Origin: Longimicrobiales bacterium
GTDB lineage: Bacteria > Gemmatimonadota > Gemmatimonadetes > Longimicrobiales > Gaopeijiaceae
Assembly (NCBI GenBank): GCA_963422615.1
Contig: OY730414.1
Coordinates: forward strand, 1,054,001-1,118,000
Length of the DNA: 64,000 bases
Reading direction: 5' to 3'
Below the pieces are notes generated by a model. It was not told the DNA's origin. It worked only from the letters and a program-made list of their open reading frames with translations, and did not search any database. Below, one piece after another: positions 31,309 to 41,477 of the stretch. Positions within the stretch are counted from its first letter, which is position 1, and every line of letters starts with the position of its first letter. A program made the position numbers and the translations under genes.

Positions 31309-32732
31309 CGGCGGTTTCTGAACAGGACCCCGACGACGAGGGTGACCCCCAGGCCTATGGCAACGAACCACGTCCAAGCCACCCGGTCCCCGGCTGTGGC
31401 CCACACGGCTACGACCGTCCCGATTCCTGCGGTCATGCCGACAACGGCTCCGGTCTGGCTCACGGTTCGGGTCAATACCCCAAGGGCGAAGGCGCCCAAA
31501 AGTCCTCCATGAACGATGGACGATACGGCCAGGGCGACCTCCACCGCCGCTCTCCTCCCGGACAAGGGGATGAACAGGATGGCGCTCAGAACGAGGAGGC
31601 CTGCCCACGCCAGGGAGAAGCCCCGTCCCGCTCGAAGCATGGCGCCCTCGTCGTTCCGGCGGCCGGTGGCCGGACCCCAGAAATCGTAGGTACTCGCCGA
31701 AGCAAGGGAGTTGATGGAGGATGACAGCGTCGACATGGCAGCGGCGAAGACGCCGGCGATCAGGAGTCCCCGGATTCCGGTGGGCATCTCGGTGACGATG
31801 AACTGGGCGAATATCTCGTCGGGGCTGGAGAAGGACCTCCCTTCGAAGAACATCCAGAGCCCCAGGCCCACGAAGAGGAAGAGCGCGAACTGGAAGGCGA
31901 CGAGGACACCGCTCCCGACCAAGGCCCGCTGGCTCTGTCGGGCATCCCGGCAGGTGAGAAGGCGCTGGACGATGAGCTGGTCGGTCCCGTGAGACGCCAT
32001 GGACAGGAACCCTCCGCCGACCAGCCCGGCCCAGAAGGTGTACGGCACGGCGGGAGATGTGGAAAAATCCAGCATCTGGAGCTTCCCCGCCGATCCCGCT
32101 TGGGCCAGGATGGCGCCCCATCCCCCCTCTACTGCCCCGTGGAGAAGCACGAGGGCGACCACGCCCCCCATCACGTACAGCCCCATCTGCAAGGCGTCCA
32201 CCCAAACAACGGCCCGAATGCCCCCGTAGCACGTGTACGCCAGCGTCACCGCTCCGATCACCCCGATGGAGACCGGGTAGGACCATCCGGTAATGAGCGC
32301 CAGGGGAATGGCCGTCGAGAACAGGCGGACCGAATCGGCCAGGAGCCGGGTGACCATGAAGGCTCCCGAGGCGTACCGCCGGGCGCCCCCGCCGAAGCGC
32401 TTGCCCAGAAGCTCGTAGGCTGTGGAGAGTTCGCCCCGGTAGTAGGCGGGGAGAAGCATCCATGCGGCGATGGCCCTTCCTACCAGATACCCCAACGCCA
32501 GCTGCAAGAAGGCGAGGCTGCCCAGGTACGCCACGCCCGGAATGGAAAGGAAGGTGAGGGTACTCGTTTCGGTGGCGACGACGGACAACATGACCGCCCA
32601 CCAGGGAAGGTTCCGGCTTCCCAGGAAGTAGTCGGTGCCGCTGGCGTTCCCCCGGCCCAGCCAAGCCCCCCAGGCGGTTACTCCCGCCATGTACAGCACC
32701 AGGACCGTGAGGTCACCCCCTCCCAAGGCCAC
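31305..32732 (-). CDS. Sodium:solute symporter (SSS family)
   Basis: DYFLGSRNLPWW, SVVATETS, GGIRAVVWVD, GTDQLIVQRLL, AAMSTLSSSIN; about 13 TM segments. Confidence 0.93.
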   Translation of the reverse strand: MALGGGDLTVLVLYMAGVTAWGAWLGRGNASGTDYFLGSRNLPWWAVMLSVVATETSTLTFLSIPGVAYLGSLAFLQLALGYLVGRAIAAWMLLPAYYRGELSTAYELLGKRFGGGARRYASGAFMVTRLLADSVRLFSTAIPLALITGWSYPVSIGVIGAVTLAYTCYGGIRAVVWVDALQMGLYVMGGVVALVLLHGAVEGGWGAILAQAGSAGKLQMLDFSTSPAVPYTFWAGLVGGGFLSMASHGTDQLIVQRLLTCRDARQSQRALVGSGVLVAFQFALFLFVGLGLWMFFEGRSFSSPDEIFAQFIVTEMPTGIRGLLIAGVFAAAMSTLSSSINSLASASTYDFWGPATGRRNDEGAMLRAGRGFSLAWAGLLVLSAILFIPLSGRRAAVEVALAVSSIVHGGLLGAFALGVLTRTVSQTGAVVGMTAGIGTVVAVWATAGDRVAWTWFVAIGLGVTLVVGVLFRNRR

Positions 32733-32733
32733 G

Positions 32734-35700
32734 TCAGGGCTCCCGGGCGGGTTCCGGGTCCCGAAGGTCGGGCGGCGTGTCGACGATGGCCCGAGCGACG
32801 CGGTCGTGGACGCCCCGCCTGAGGGGCACGTGTTTTCCGTTGTCTCGGGTCGGGTTCACCCGGTTTGTGAGAAGGACGACCCCCAGATCAAGGACGGGGT
32901 CGATCCAGATGGACGTGCCGGTGTAACCGGTGTGCCCGAAGGCCCGCGCAGTAAAGTAGTCGCCGGCGGACGAGCGGCCTGAAGGGGTGTCCCAGCCCAG
33001 GGCCCGGCTTGAGCGTTCCGACTGCCTCCGCGTGATCCGGTCGACCCAGCCCGGAGCGAAGATTGAGACAGGACGGAACCGGGGACCGTGGCACGGAAAC
33101 CCCGAGGCCAGATCCGGGACGCACGGCCCTGCAACGCCCCGGTCCAGGAGCATCTGGACAAAGGCGGCCAAGTCTCGGGGGGAGCTGAAAAGGCCCGCGT
33201 GTCCGGCGACCCCCCCGATCGCGTAGGCGTTCTCGTCGTGGACAACGCCGTGGACGTGTACATCCCGGTACCCCTCGTCCATCTCGGTGGTGGCGATTCG
33301 GTCCCACCGGTCTGGAGGGGGGTTGAAGCCCGTGTCCTCCATGCCCAACGGGGCCCAAACTTCGGTTTGCAGGAAGTCCTGGAATTCCTGTCCGGAGACG
33401 GCCTCCACGACAAAGGCCAGGGTCATGAGTCCGATGTCCGAGTAAACGGTGCGTTCGCCGGGGGGATGGTCCAGGGGAAGGGCGGCGATTGCCGCCTCGT
33501 ACGCATCCCGTCCCGCCATTTCCAGAAAGAAGCGGCGGAAGGGAGGGAGGCCGCCCTCGTGTACGAGAAGCTGCCGAAGGGTCACCCGCGACTTGGAAGC
33601 GTGGTTGCCGACCCACCAGGGGAGGTAGGCGGAGACCGGGTCGTCCAGGTCGATGGCGCCCCTCTGAGCGAGGATCACCGCGGCGGTGGTCGTTCCCACC
33701 ACCTTGGTCAAGGAGGCCAGGTCGAAGATGGAGGCAGGCGTGACGCGGGGGGCATCCGGGTCCCAGTCCAGGCGACCGAATCCCCGCAGTCGTACGAGCT
33801 GACCCCGTCTAACGACCGCCAAGGCGGCGCCAGAGGCCGCAGAGTCGTCCAGGGCGGCGAGGATGAAGTCGTCCAGGGCGGCGAGGGAGTCGGCGCTCAT
33901 TCCCACCCGGTCCGGGGGCACTTCCCGGAGAGACCGGACCCCGCCGTCGTCCAGGCAGAAGGCGTCGGCCATTTCTGTGGGATCGCCGGGGCCGGGCTCG
34001 GGGGCATCGGACCGGGACCCATGGGGCTCAAGGTCACCGCAGCGGGGAACGGGAGGACCGCGCCGCCATCGTCCGGGTCCGCCCGCGGGGACGCTGCTCT
34101 CTTCGCTGGCTTCCGGGGCTTCGGGATCCGGTACGAAGCCCGCTTCCAAAAGGGGGTCGACCGCGGCTTCGGCCACCCGGGCTGCGCCCTCGGTCGGGAC
34201 CCGGTCCAGGCCGTCTCCGACCGAGTGGAGAGGCGGGATCGAGATGGGCAAACGCCCCGAGATCCCCACGGCTCCCGCCACCGCCCGGGCAGCGGCCCGC
34301 TGGGGAACCTCCCGGCCACCCCAGGCCACCAGGTAGGTCCCGACGCTGGAGAAGGCCGTCAGAATGTACGGGTTGGCGAAGGAAACGACGGCGGTGCTCG
34401 TCTCCCCGATCCGATCCAGCCGTTCGACAAAAGTACGGAAGCTGGCGGGAAGGCCCCCGGTGGGACCGGCGCCGGTTTGGGTGGGTGCGTAGATGCCGAC
34501 GACGACGGCGTCGGCGTTCCGGGCGGCGTGCAACAGAGAGTCGTACGCCGGCCACGGGGTGGAGGGGCCCACGCGGGCCGATGAGACGCGCCCGGCAAAG
34601 TTCGCCAGGGTTGCGTCGAAAGTTCGGCCCGCCAGGAGATTGCGGGTTGGGGCGTAGGTCACGCTCACCACCCGCCCCCTTCCGGTCAACGGCAGTACCC
34701 AATCCCGGTCTCGCACGAGGGTGATGGCGGCGGCCGCAGCCCGCTCCGCTGCCGCCCGGTTTCGGGCGGTTCCTACCCGGGACGCCACGGCGGAAGGATC
34801 CACTCGGCTGTCCAGGTGGAGCCCCAGGCCCGCCTTGGCTTCCAGGAGGCGACGGACCGACCCGTCGATCCGTTCCCGGCGGATCCGTCCCGATTCCACC
34901 GCACGGATCACCTGGGCGACGGTCTCCCCGATATCGGCGGGCACCAGAAGAATGTCGGACCCGGCTTCCAGGGCCAGGACCGCCGATTCTCCGGCCCCGT
35001 AGCCACCGGTGATGGCGCCCATTCGCAAGGCGTCGGTAAAGAGGATTCCGCCGAAATCCATTTCTTCCCGGAGCAGCTCCGTCATGAAGTGGGGCGACAA
35101 GGTTGCGGGCCGATGGTCATCCAGTACGTTCGGCACTGCCACGTGGGCCGTCATGACCGCGTCCACCCCGGCGTCCACGGCCATGCGAAACGGGACGAGC
35201 TCGACTCGGGCCAACCGGTCCCGATTTGCCGCGACGACGGGCAGCACGATGTGGGAATCGGTTCGGGTGTCTCCGTGGCCGGGGAAGTGCTTGGCGGTGG
35301 TCAGGGCTCCGCCTTGCCGGGCTCCCCGAATGAAGGCGGTGCCCAACCGGCCGACGGCGTCGGGGTCTTCCCCGAAGGAACGGGTGCCGATGACGGGATT
35401 CTCCGGATTGCTGTTGACGTCCAGCACGGGCGCGAACAGCCAGTGAACCCCGACGGCGCGGGCTTCCTCTGCGGTAATCCGGCCGTATTCGAAGGCCAGG
35501 GCCTCGTCTCCGGCGGCGCCGAAGGCCATGGTGGGCGGAAAGCTGGTCCCGCCCCCTTGGGGTAATAGGGACGGCAGGGCATAGCTGTGGTTGAGCCGCA
35601 TCGCCGGACCGCCGTTCTCGAAGTCGGAGGTGACCAGCAGGGGCACTCGGGCTCGAGACTGGAGCCGGTTGAGCTTGGCCGCATATGCGTCCGGAACCCC

Positions 35701-36039
35701 GATGGAGATGCAGACGCCACCCAGTCCCTCTTCCACCCAGCTCAGGAGCTCCTGGAAGTCCGGATCGCTCTCCGATGCGTAGGACCCGGGAATCCATGGC
35801 ATCACCAGCTGGGCCACGGCCTCACGGAGGGTGAAGCCGGCGAGGGTTTCGTCCACCCAGCGGCGGGCGTCGTCGTCCAGCAGGAAGGCGGATCCGGTCG
35901 GCGCGACGGAAAGGGTCGGGCTCCGGGCGCAGGAACCGGCGCCGGCCGTCAAGGCCAAGCCAACCAGGACGGCGATCGCCAGTCTCCTCCGGCGGCTGCC
36001 TGTATTCCGGGCCGTAGCGGTTGTAGCTTGCTGGCTCAT
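32734..36039 (-). CDS. GH3 NagZ-like glycosidase fused to a beta-lactamase-family serine hydrolase (AmiE-like), lipoprotein
   Basis: Lipobox AGSC; KHFPGHGDTRTDSH; C-terminal FDLASLTK (SxxK), YSD, GHAGLFS, FGHTGYTG. Confidence 0.92.
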   Translation of the reverse strand: MSQQATTATARNTGSRRRRLAIAVLVGLALTAGAGSCARSPTLSVAPTGSAFLLDDDARRWVDETLAGFTLREAVAQLVMPWIPGSYASESDPDFQELLSWVEEGLGGVCISIGVPDAYAAKLNRLQSRARVPLLVTSDFENGGPAMRLNHSYALPSLLPQGGGTSFPPTMAFGAAGDEALAFEYGRITAEEARAVGVHWLFAPVLDVNSNPENPVIGTRSFGEDPDAVGRLGTAFIRGARQGGALTTAKHFPGHGDTRTDSHIVLPVVAANRDRLARVELVPFRMAVDAGVDAVMTAHVAVPNVLDDHRPATLSPHFMTELLREEMDFGGILFTDALRMGAITGGYGAGESAVLALEAGSDILLVPADIGETVAQVIRAVESGRIRRERIDGSVRRLLEAKAGLGLHLDSRVDPSAVASRVGTARNRAAAERAAAAAITLVRDRDWVLPLTGRGRVVSVTYAPTRNLLAGRTFDATLANFAGRVSSARVGPSTPWPAYDSLLHAARNADAVVVGIYAPTQTGAGPTGGLPASFRTFVERLDRIGETSTAVVSFANPYILTAFSSVGTYLVAWGGREVPQRAAARAVAGAVGISGRLPISIPPLHSVGDGLDRVPTEGAARVAEAAVDPLLEAGFVPDPEAPEASEESSVPAGGPGRWRRGPPVPRCGDLEPHGSRSDAPEPGPGDPTEMADAFCLDDGGVRSLREVPPDRVGMSADSLAALDDFILAALDDSAASGAALAVVRRGQLVRLRGFGRLDWDPDAPRVTPASIFDLASLTKVVGTTTAAVILAQRGAIDLDDPVSAYLPWWVGNHASKSRVTLRQLLVHEGGLPPFRRFFLEMAGRDAYEAAIAALPLDHPPGERTVYSDIGLMTLAFVVEAVSGQEFQDFLQTEVWAPLGMEDTGFNPPPDRWDRIATTEMDEGYRDVHVHGVVHDENAYAIGGVAGHAGLFSSPRDLAAFVQMLLDRGVAGPCVPDLASGFPCHGPRFRPVSIFAPGWVDRITRRQSERSSRALGWDTPSGRSSAGDYFTARAFGHTGYTGTSIWIDPVLDLGVVLLTNRVNPTRDNGKHVPLRRGVHDRVARAIVDTPPDLRDPEPAREP

Positions 36040-36059
36040 GGGAGGATTCTCCCTCCCCG

Positions 36060-37412
36060 ATGAAGGAGAGAGGACGGTTCCAAGCGGTGGACATTCATAA
36101 GACATTGCCGGGTCCAGCGGAACTTTCGGTCCTGGCGGTGGTTCTGGCAACGGTGGCCTGCTCTCCCGGCGGAAACGGGCATGGGTCGTTGGGGGACGGA
36201 GGCCCGTCGGTGAACGTTGTGGGCGAAAAAGACGCGGCAGAAACGGGCGCCCTGCATCCTGCGGGATCCGTTCGCCCGGGGATAGAAGTTCTGCTTGAAG
36301 ACTCGATTTCCCTGGTCAAGGGTCGCAGGATCGGACTCATCACCAACCACACGGGCCGGGACCGGAACGGCATCCTCACCATTGACCGATTGGCTGCCCG
36401 CCCGGACATGGAGCTGGTGGCTCTGTACTCTCCTGAACACGGCATCCGGGGCCGGGCCGAAGCGGGCGTGAAGGTGCGGAGCGGGGTAGACGACCGAACC
36501 GGGTTGCCGGTTCACTCCCTGTACGGAGAGACGAGGAAACCGTCGGAAAAAATGCTGCAAGGGGTTGAGGTCCTCCTCTTCGACATTCAGGACATAGGCA
36601 GTCGATATTACACCTACCTGTCCACCATGGCCCTGGCAATGGGGGCCGCCGGAGAAGCGGGCATCCCTTTTGTGGTCCTGGACCGGCCCAACCCCATCGG
36701 CGGGGAGGCCGTCCAGGGGAACATTCTGGACCCCGGATTTGGTAGCTTCGTGGGTCCCTACCCCGTCCCCATGCGTCACGGCCTCACGGCAGGAGAGTTT
36801 GCGCGCATGGCAGCGGGGGAGTTCGGCGTCAATGTCGAACTGAAGGTTGTGGTGGCCGACGGCTGGCGTCGAACGATGCCCTACGAAGAGACCGGCATTC
36901 CCTGGATCCCGCCGTCTCCGAACATGCCTTCCGTGGAAAGCGCCCTCCATTACCCGGGAATCTGTCTCTTCGAGGGGACGCCCATCTCGGTCGGAAGGGG
37001 CACCGACCGGGCCTTCCAGCAGGTGGGGGCACCGTGGCTGGACGGGGCCGAGCTTGCCGTCCGCCTGGCCGCCTTGGACGTGCCCGATGCCCGGTTCGTT
37101 CCCGTGCGATTCACCCCTCTTGAGCCAGGAGACGGCAAGTTCTCTAGGATCGAGTCCGGCGGTGTGCGGGTGATCGCCGACGGGCCGGCCTACGACCCCA
37201 CCCTGGCGGCGCTGGCGCTGCTGGTCGAGGTCAAGGCCATGTCCGGGGAGGACTGGAGCTGGCGGCCAAGCCACTTCGACCGTCTCGCCGGCACCGATGC
37301 CCTGCGTCTGGCCCTGGACGCCGGCGCCTCCTACCGGGAGCTGGCGGGCCGCTGGGGAGAGGATCTGCCGAGCTTTATGGAACGTCGACGGTCGTATCTT
37401 CTGTACTGGTGA
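36060..37412 (+). CDS. namZ: DUF1343 exo-beta-N-acetylmuramidase NamZ-like lipoprotein
   Basis: RIGLITNHTG, SPEHGIRG, SLYG..RKP, FDIQDIGSRYYTY, LDRPNP, RHGLTAGE, PSPNMP, SVGRGT; start 36060 or 36087. Confidence 0.9.
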   Translation: MKERGRFQAVDIHKTLPGPAELSVLAVVLATVACSPGGNGHGSLGDGGPSVNVVGEKDAAETGALHPAGSVRPGIEVLLEDSISLVKGRRIGLITNHTGRDRNGILTIDRLAARPDMELVALYSPEHGIRGRAEAGVKVRSGVDDRTGLPVHSLYGETRKPSEKMLQGVEVLLFDIQDIGSRYYTYLSTMALAMGAAGEAGIPFVVLDRPNPIGGEAVQGNILDPGFGSFVGPYPVPMRHGLTAGEFARMAAGEFGVNVELKVVVADGWRRTMPYEETGIPWIPPSPNMPSVESALHYPGICLFEGTPISVGRGTDRAFQQVGAPWLDGAELAVRLAALDVPDARFVPVRFTPLEPGDGKFSRIESGGVRVIADGPAYDPTLAALALLVEVKAMSGEDWSWRPSHFDRLAGTDALRLALDAGASYRELAGRWGEDLPSFMERRRSYLLYW

Positions 37413-37704
37413 TCTGTCTCTCCCCTCCCGTAGCTCCAGAACTTTCCCTTGAGACCCAGTCGAGACCCTTCCGGAAGATCCACCGGGCGAAGATAAGGGC
37501 GCGGTACGGCGAAGATATGGGTACACATTTGCCTTCCCGGGTGCGTTGGTCGCCCCCCGCCGATCTGGAACCCCGGGCTGTGGTTGGGAGCCCGGGACCC
37601 GCGCGGCGTTTGCTGGGGAACTTCGGGTTATTGCCCCCGCATCATCGGTGGTTAAGTTGGCGCAGCTTGGACGATTGAGCTGAGCGTATCACGGCTCCCC
37701 CCTC

Positions 37705-39246
37705 ATGTCATCCTTCTATCTGACCACGCCCATCTACTACGCCTCGGGCGAGCCCCACCTGGGCCACGCCTATACGACGATCCTCGCCGACGTTCTGGCG
37801 CGGTATCGGCGCCGTGCCGGAGACGACATTCTCTTCCTCACGGGGACGGACGAGCACGGGCAAAAAATCCAGGAAGAAGCGGCAAAGCAGGGCATGACGC
37901 CCCGGGCCCTGTGCGACCTCATGGCAACCCGATTTCGAACCGCGTGGGAGACCCTGGACATCTCCCACGACCGCTTCATTCGCACGACGGAGGCGGAGCA
38001 CGGGGCGGTCGTCGCCGCATTCCTCAACCGGCTCCGGGCCAATGATCTGATCTACGAGGGCGAATACGCGGGTTGGTATTCGGTCAGCCAGGAACGCTAC
38101 TTCACAGAAAAGGAAATCGGGTCGGCCCGGGTCGATCCGGTTACGGGGGGGCCAGTGGAGCGGATCCGGGAGAAGAACTACTTCTTCAGGATGAGCCGTT
38201 TCCAGGAGCGGCTTCAACGACACATCGAGAACAACCCGGGATGGATTGTCCCGGTCGAGCGGAAAAACGAAGTCCTGGGGTTCCTGAATCAGCCGCTGAG
38301 TGATCTATCCATATCCCGGCCCAGCTCCCGCATTCATTGGGGCATCCCCCTTCCTTGGGACCGGGACCAGGTGACGTACGTTTGGGTCGATGCCCTGATC
38401 AACTACGTTACCGCCTCCGGGGCCATCGACCCTTGTGTGGGGGAGGACACCCAGGGCTTCGGGGCCAGCCGCCGTCGGTCGTGGTGGCCGGCGAACCTGC
38501 ATCTCATCGGGAAGGACATTCTCACGACCCACGCGGTTTACTGGCCGACTCTGCTCATGGGGGCGGGCCTTCCCCTTCCCGGGAAGATCCTTGCTCATGG
38601 GTGGTGGGTTATGGACAACACGAAGATGTCCAAGTCGTTGGGGAACGTTGTGGATCCGCTGGGGCTCCGGGATCGGTTCGGAACCGACGCCGTTCGCTGG
38701 TATCTCATGCGGGAGATGCCCACCGGCCAGGATGCCTCCTACACGCCGGAGCGTTTTCTGGTGCGCTACGAAGAGCTCTCCAACATCCTCGGGAATCTGG
38801 CTCACCGGGTCCTCTCTATGGTGACCCGCTACCGGGGTGGGACGCTCCCAGCCTCTCCGGGGCGGGGCCTCCGGGCGGAGATCCGGGAGGCCGTGCTCGC
38901 GTATCGCGGCGGGATGGAAGGATATCGCCTCCACGAGGGGTTTGCCGCAGCCATGGGCTTGGCAAGAGCCGCGAATCGATTCGTAGAGGAGCGGGAGCCG
39001 TGGAGGTTGGCCCGAGACCCCGGACAGATCGGGGAGCTCAACGAGGTTCTGGCCACGCTCGTCCGCACCCTTGCGGTGCTGACCTGTCTGTTCGAACCGG
39101 TTGCGCCCGGCAAGTCTTCGGAGCTGGCGGGACGCCTGGGCCTCCCTGGCGTTCCTCTGTTGGGAGAGTTGGAAAATCTCTCGACTGCCGGCCTCGGGGT
39201 AACCGTCGGCCCGCCGCTCTTTCCCCGGGCGGAATCCCCCGGGTAG
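37705..39246 (+). CDS. metG: Methionine--tRNA ligase (short form, no C-terminal tRNA-binding domain)
   Basis: FYLTTPIYY, HLGH, TGTDEHGQK, YVWVDAL.NY, IGKDI, KMSKS, LFPR. Confidence 0.97.
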   Translation: MSSFYLTTPIYYASGEPHLGHAYTTILADVLARYRRRAGDDILFLTGTDEHGQKIQEEAAKQGMTPRALCDLMATRFRTAWETLDISHDRFIRTTEAEHGAVVAAFLNRLRANDLIYEGEYAGWYSVSQERYFTEKEIGSARVDPVTGGPVERIREKNYFFRMSRFQERLQRHIENNPGWIVPVERKNEVLGFLNQPLSDLSISRPSSRIHWGIPLPWDRDQVTYVWVDALINYVTASGAIDPCVGEDTQGFGASRRRSWWPANLHLIGKDILTTHAVYWPTLLMGAGLPLPGKILAHGWWVMDNTKMSKSLGNVVDPLGLRDRFGTDAVRWYLMREMPTGQDASYTPERFLVRYEELSNILGNLAHRVLSMVTRYRGGTLPASPGRGLRAEIREAVLAYRGGMEGYRLHEGFAAAMGLARAANRFVEEREPWRLARDPGQIGELNEVLATLVRTLAVLTCLFEPVAPGKSSELAGRLGLPGVPLLGELENLSTAGLGVTVGPPLFPRAESPG

Positions 39247-39326
39247 AGGCCGATCCTTGACCAGAGGCTGACGGGGCCGATATGCTTTGTCTCTTTTGTC
39301 TGAAGATGTCAAGAAAACGGGGGACA

Positions 39327-40256
39327 ATGAAACGAGAACCTTGTGCTCTTCTCTTCTTGAGGGGAGAGACGCGTGCGATACGGCAGTTCTCCCTATCGTC
39401 GCGGATGGCCCGAGCGGGGGTGGCCATCTTGGGCGTCGTGGGTGTGCTTTTCGTTGCGGCCACGGTTTTCCTGGTATTCGCCACTGGGGAGCGCGTGAGC
39501 GCTGCGCTGCTTGCCCGGGAGAACCGCCTTCTGGAAGATGAGCTCCGACGCGCGGAGGGCCAGCTTGCCGCGTTCAACAGGGAGATCACGGCGCTCGCGG
39601 AAAGGGACGAGCGGATTCGCCTGTTGGCCGGGATGAACCCCATTGATGAAGAGATCTTCGAGGTCGGCGTCGGGGGTCCCGGGCTTGAGTCCCCCGAAGA
39701 GGGGGAGCTCTGGGACCTTGATCCGGAGGCGTCGGAGACCGTGTACGCGATCCGGTACGACCTTCAGGTCCTCGAGCGCAAGGCGAATCTGCTGAGCGAG
39801 AGCTTCGAAGAGGTCATGGGCTTTATCGAGACCCAGAAGGACCGCCTGGCGGCCACGCCCCTGATCCTGCCCGCCGGGGGCCTCTTGTCCAGCCGATTCA
39901 GCCGCGGTCGGTTCCATCCCGTGCTGCACCGGTTTATGGCGCACGAAGGCATTGACGTCCACGCGCCCCTGGGTACGCCGATCCTGGCCGCAGCCCATGG
40001 CTTGGTTGCCTTTGCAGGATGGAAAGCGGGGTATGGGAACACGGTGATCATTGACCACGGGCACGGCTTCAAGACCCTGTATGGCCATTCGTCGGAGCTG
40101 TTGGTTGCCGTCGGAAAACGAGTTCGCCGCGGGGAGGTAATTGCCCGGGTGGGCAGCACGGGCAGGTCTACGGCACCCCATTTGCATTACGAAATCCATG
40201 TAGACGGCAGGCCTGTCAACCCGTTGGACTATATTCTCGGGGACGCCATCCCCTGA
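39327..40256 (+). CDS. M23 family peptidoglycan endopeptidase with TM anchor and coiled coil
   Basis: HEGID, GYGN, TLYGH, GSTGRSTAPHLHYE. Confidence 0.93.
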   Translation: MKREPCALLFLRGETRAIRQFSLSSRMARAGVAILGVVGVLFVAATVFLVFATGERVSAALLARENRLLEDELRRAEGQLAAFNREITALAERDERIRLLAGMNPIDEEIFEVGVGGPGLESPEEGELWDLDPEASETVYAIRYDLQVLERKANLLSESFEEVMGFIETQKDRLAATPLILPAGGLLSSRFSRGRFHPVLHRFMAHEGIDVHAPLGTPILAAAHGLVAFAGWKAGYGNTVIIDHGHGFKTLYGHSSELLVAVGKRVRRGEVIARVGSTGRSTAPHLHYEIHVDGRPVNPLDYILGDAIP

Positions 40257-40264
40257 CTTCGTCC

Positions 40265-41452
40265 GTGGTGTCGGTTGGCTTGGCGCTCGTCGGCGGCGCG
40301 GGAGGCTTCTTTCAGGAAGGAGCAGTCAGGGCTTCCGTTTCCCCTTTTGATCCCCTGGTTCCAGACTCGGTTCTCGTCCTCTCGGACGGGCCAACCTTGG
40401 TCACCGAGCGGGCGGTTGGTCTTCCGGTCTTGGGTATCCGCGTTTCCGCTCCTCTGGACCCGCCCTGGCCCGGGGCCGCCCGGGTTTTGGTGGACCAAGC
40501 CTTGGAGAGGTCCCGGCCGCTGGCCGATGCCCTGGGGTCCGCCTTGCGGGGAGGACTGGAAGCGGGCCGAATCGTGTATCATGTGACGGGTGACCTTCGG
40601 GACGCCGACGAGCTGGCCTGGATCGCCCGGCGCCTGGCAGGGCCTCCGGTGCCGGACGCGACCCGGGAACCCCTGGAGCGAGAGGCCCAGCGCATGGACG
40701 CTCTGGCCGAAACGGCCCAGGGTCGGATGATCGTTGAGCTGGAAGGCCGACTTTCCCCCAGCTACGTTGAGGGGACCGTGCCCGTCACCACCTTCAACGA
40801 TGTTCGGGAGCTGTGGCGTCGTTCCTTTGCCAGGGACCGGATACGGGTCTTTGTGCTGGGAGACATACCCATGCCGCTGCTCCTCGCCGAACTTTCCCGC
40901 TTCGGGGCGCCACCGGTCGGTGAAGCCCGGTACGCAGACCCCGGAATCTCCGGTTCGCGGAAGGTCGGGTTGGCGGATACCCCCCTTTATGCCTGGTCCG
41001 CAGCGGTCTTCAGCTTGGGGCCATCCGGAGATGCGGCGGTGCTTGCGGCCGTTGAGGCGCTGAAGGTCGGTCTTCGGGAGACGTCCGTTCCCCGGGCGAC
41101 CCTGCGCTTGCACCGAGCTTCCGATGGGGCCCCCGACTGGATCGGGATCACGGCTCGTGCGCTTCGAAAGCGGGATGCCGATGAAGCGCTGGGGGCCGCT
41201 CTGGCCCTGATGACCGAGGAAGGCCTGGGCCCATGGTGGTGGGAAGGGGTCGCTTTGGCCCGGAACGGGGTCGTGGCGCAGGCCACCACTCCGGATGGCT
41301 GGTTGACCCTGGCCGACCGGTACTTCTCGCCGGAAGGGGGAGGCTGGATTCGGGGCGCTCTGGACCGGCTCGAATCTCTTCGGCGGAGGGACCTGGATCC
41401 CCTACTTGAGGTGTTCCGGGCTACGCTCCTTCACCCTCGAATCGACGCCTGA
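40265..41452 (+). CDS. Degenerate M16 peptidase (insulinase)-like protein lacking HXXEH
   Basis: LSDGPTLV...GLPVLGIRV...PGAARVLVD and TTFNDVRELWRRSFARDRIRVFVLGDI parallel M16 elements. Confidence 0.55.
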   Translation: MVSVGLALVGGAGGFFQEGAVRASVSPFDPLVPDSVLVLSDGPTLVTERAVGLPVLGIRVSAPLDPPWPGAARVLVDQALERSRPLADALGSALRGGLEAGRIVYHVTGDLRDADELAWIARRLAGPPVPDATREPLEREAQRMDALAETAQGRMIVELEGRLSPSYVEGTVPVTTFNDVRELWRRSFARDRIRVFVLGDIPMPLLLAELSRFGAPPVGEARYADPGISGSRKVGLADTPLYAWSAAVFSLGPSGDAAVLAAVEALKVGLRETSVPRATLRLHRASDGAPDWIGITARALRKRDADEALGAALALMTEEGLGPWWWEGVALARNGVVAQATTPDGWLTLADRYFSPEGGGWIRGALDRLESLRRRDLDPLLEVFRATLLHPRIDA

Positions 41453-41477
41453 AAGTTCCGTGGCTGCGATCGGGGGG

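Noticed and set aside
30364..32664. 766-aa ORF suggesting a large kinase fusion
   Set aside because: The upstream part is an alternative frame over the symporter; the kinase begins at GTG 31308
37413..37704. Possible T-box or SAM riboswitch upstream of metG
   Set aside because: No T-box or SAM-I core motifs seen; only a generic CCCGGGCT/AGCCCGGG hairpin
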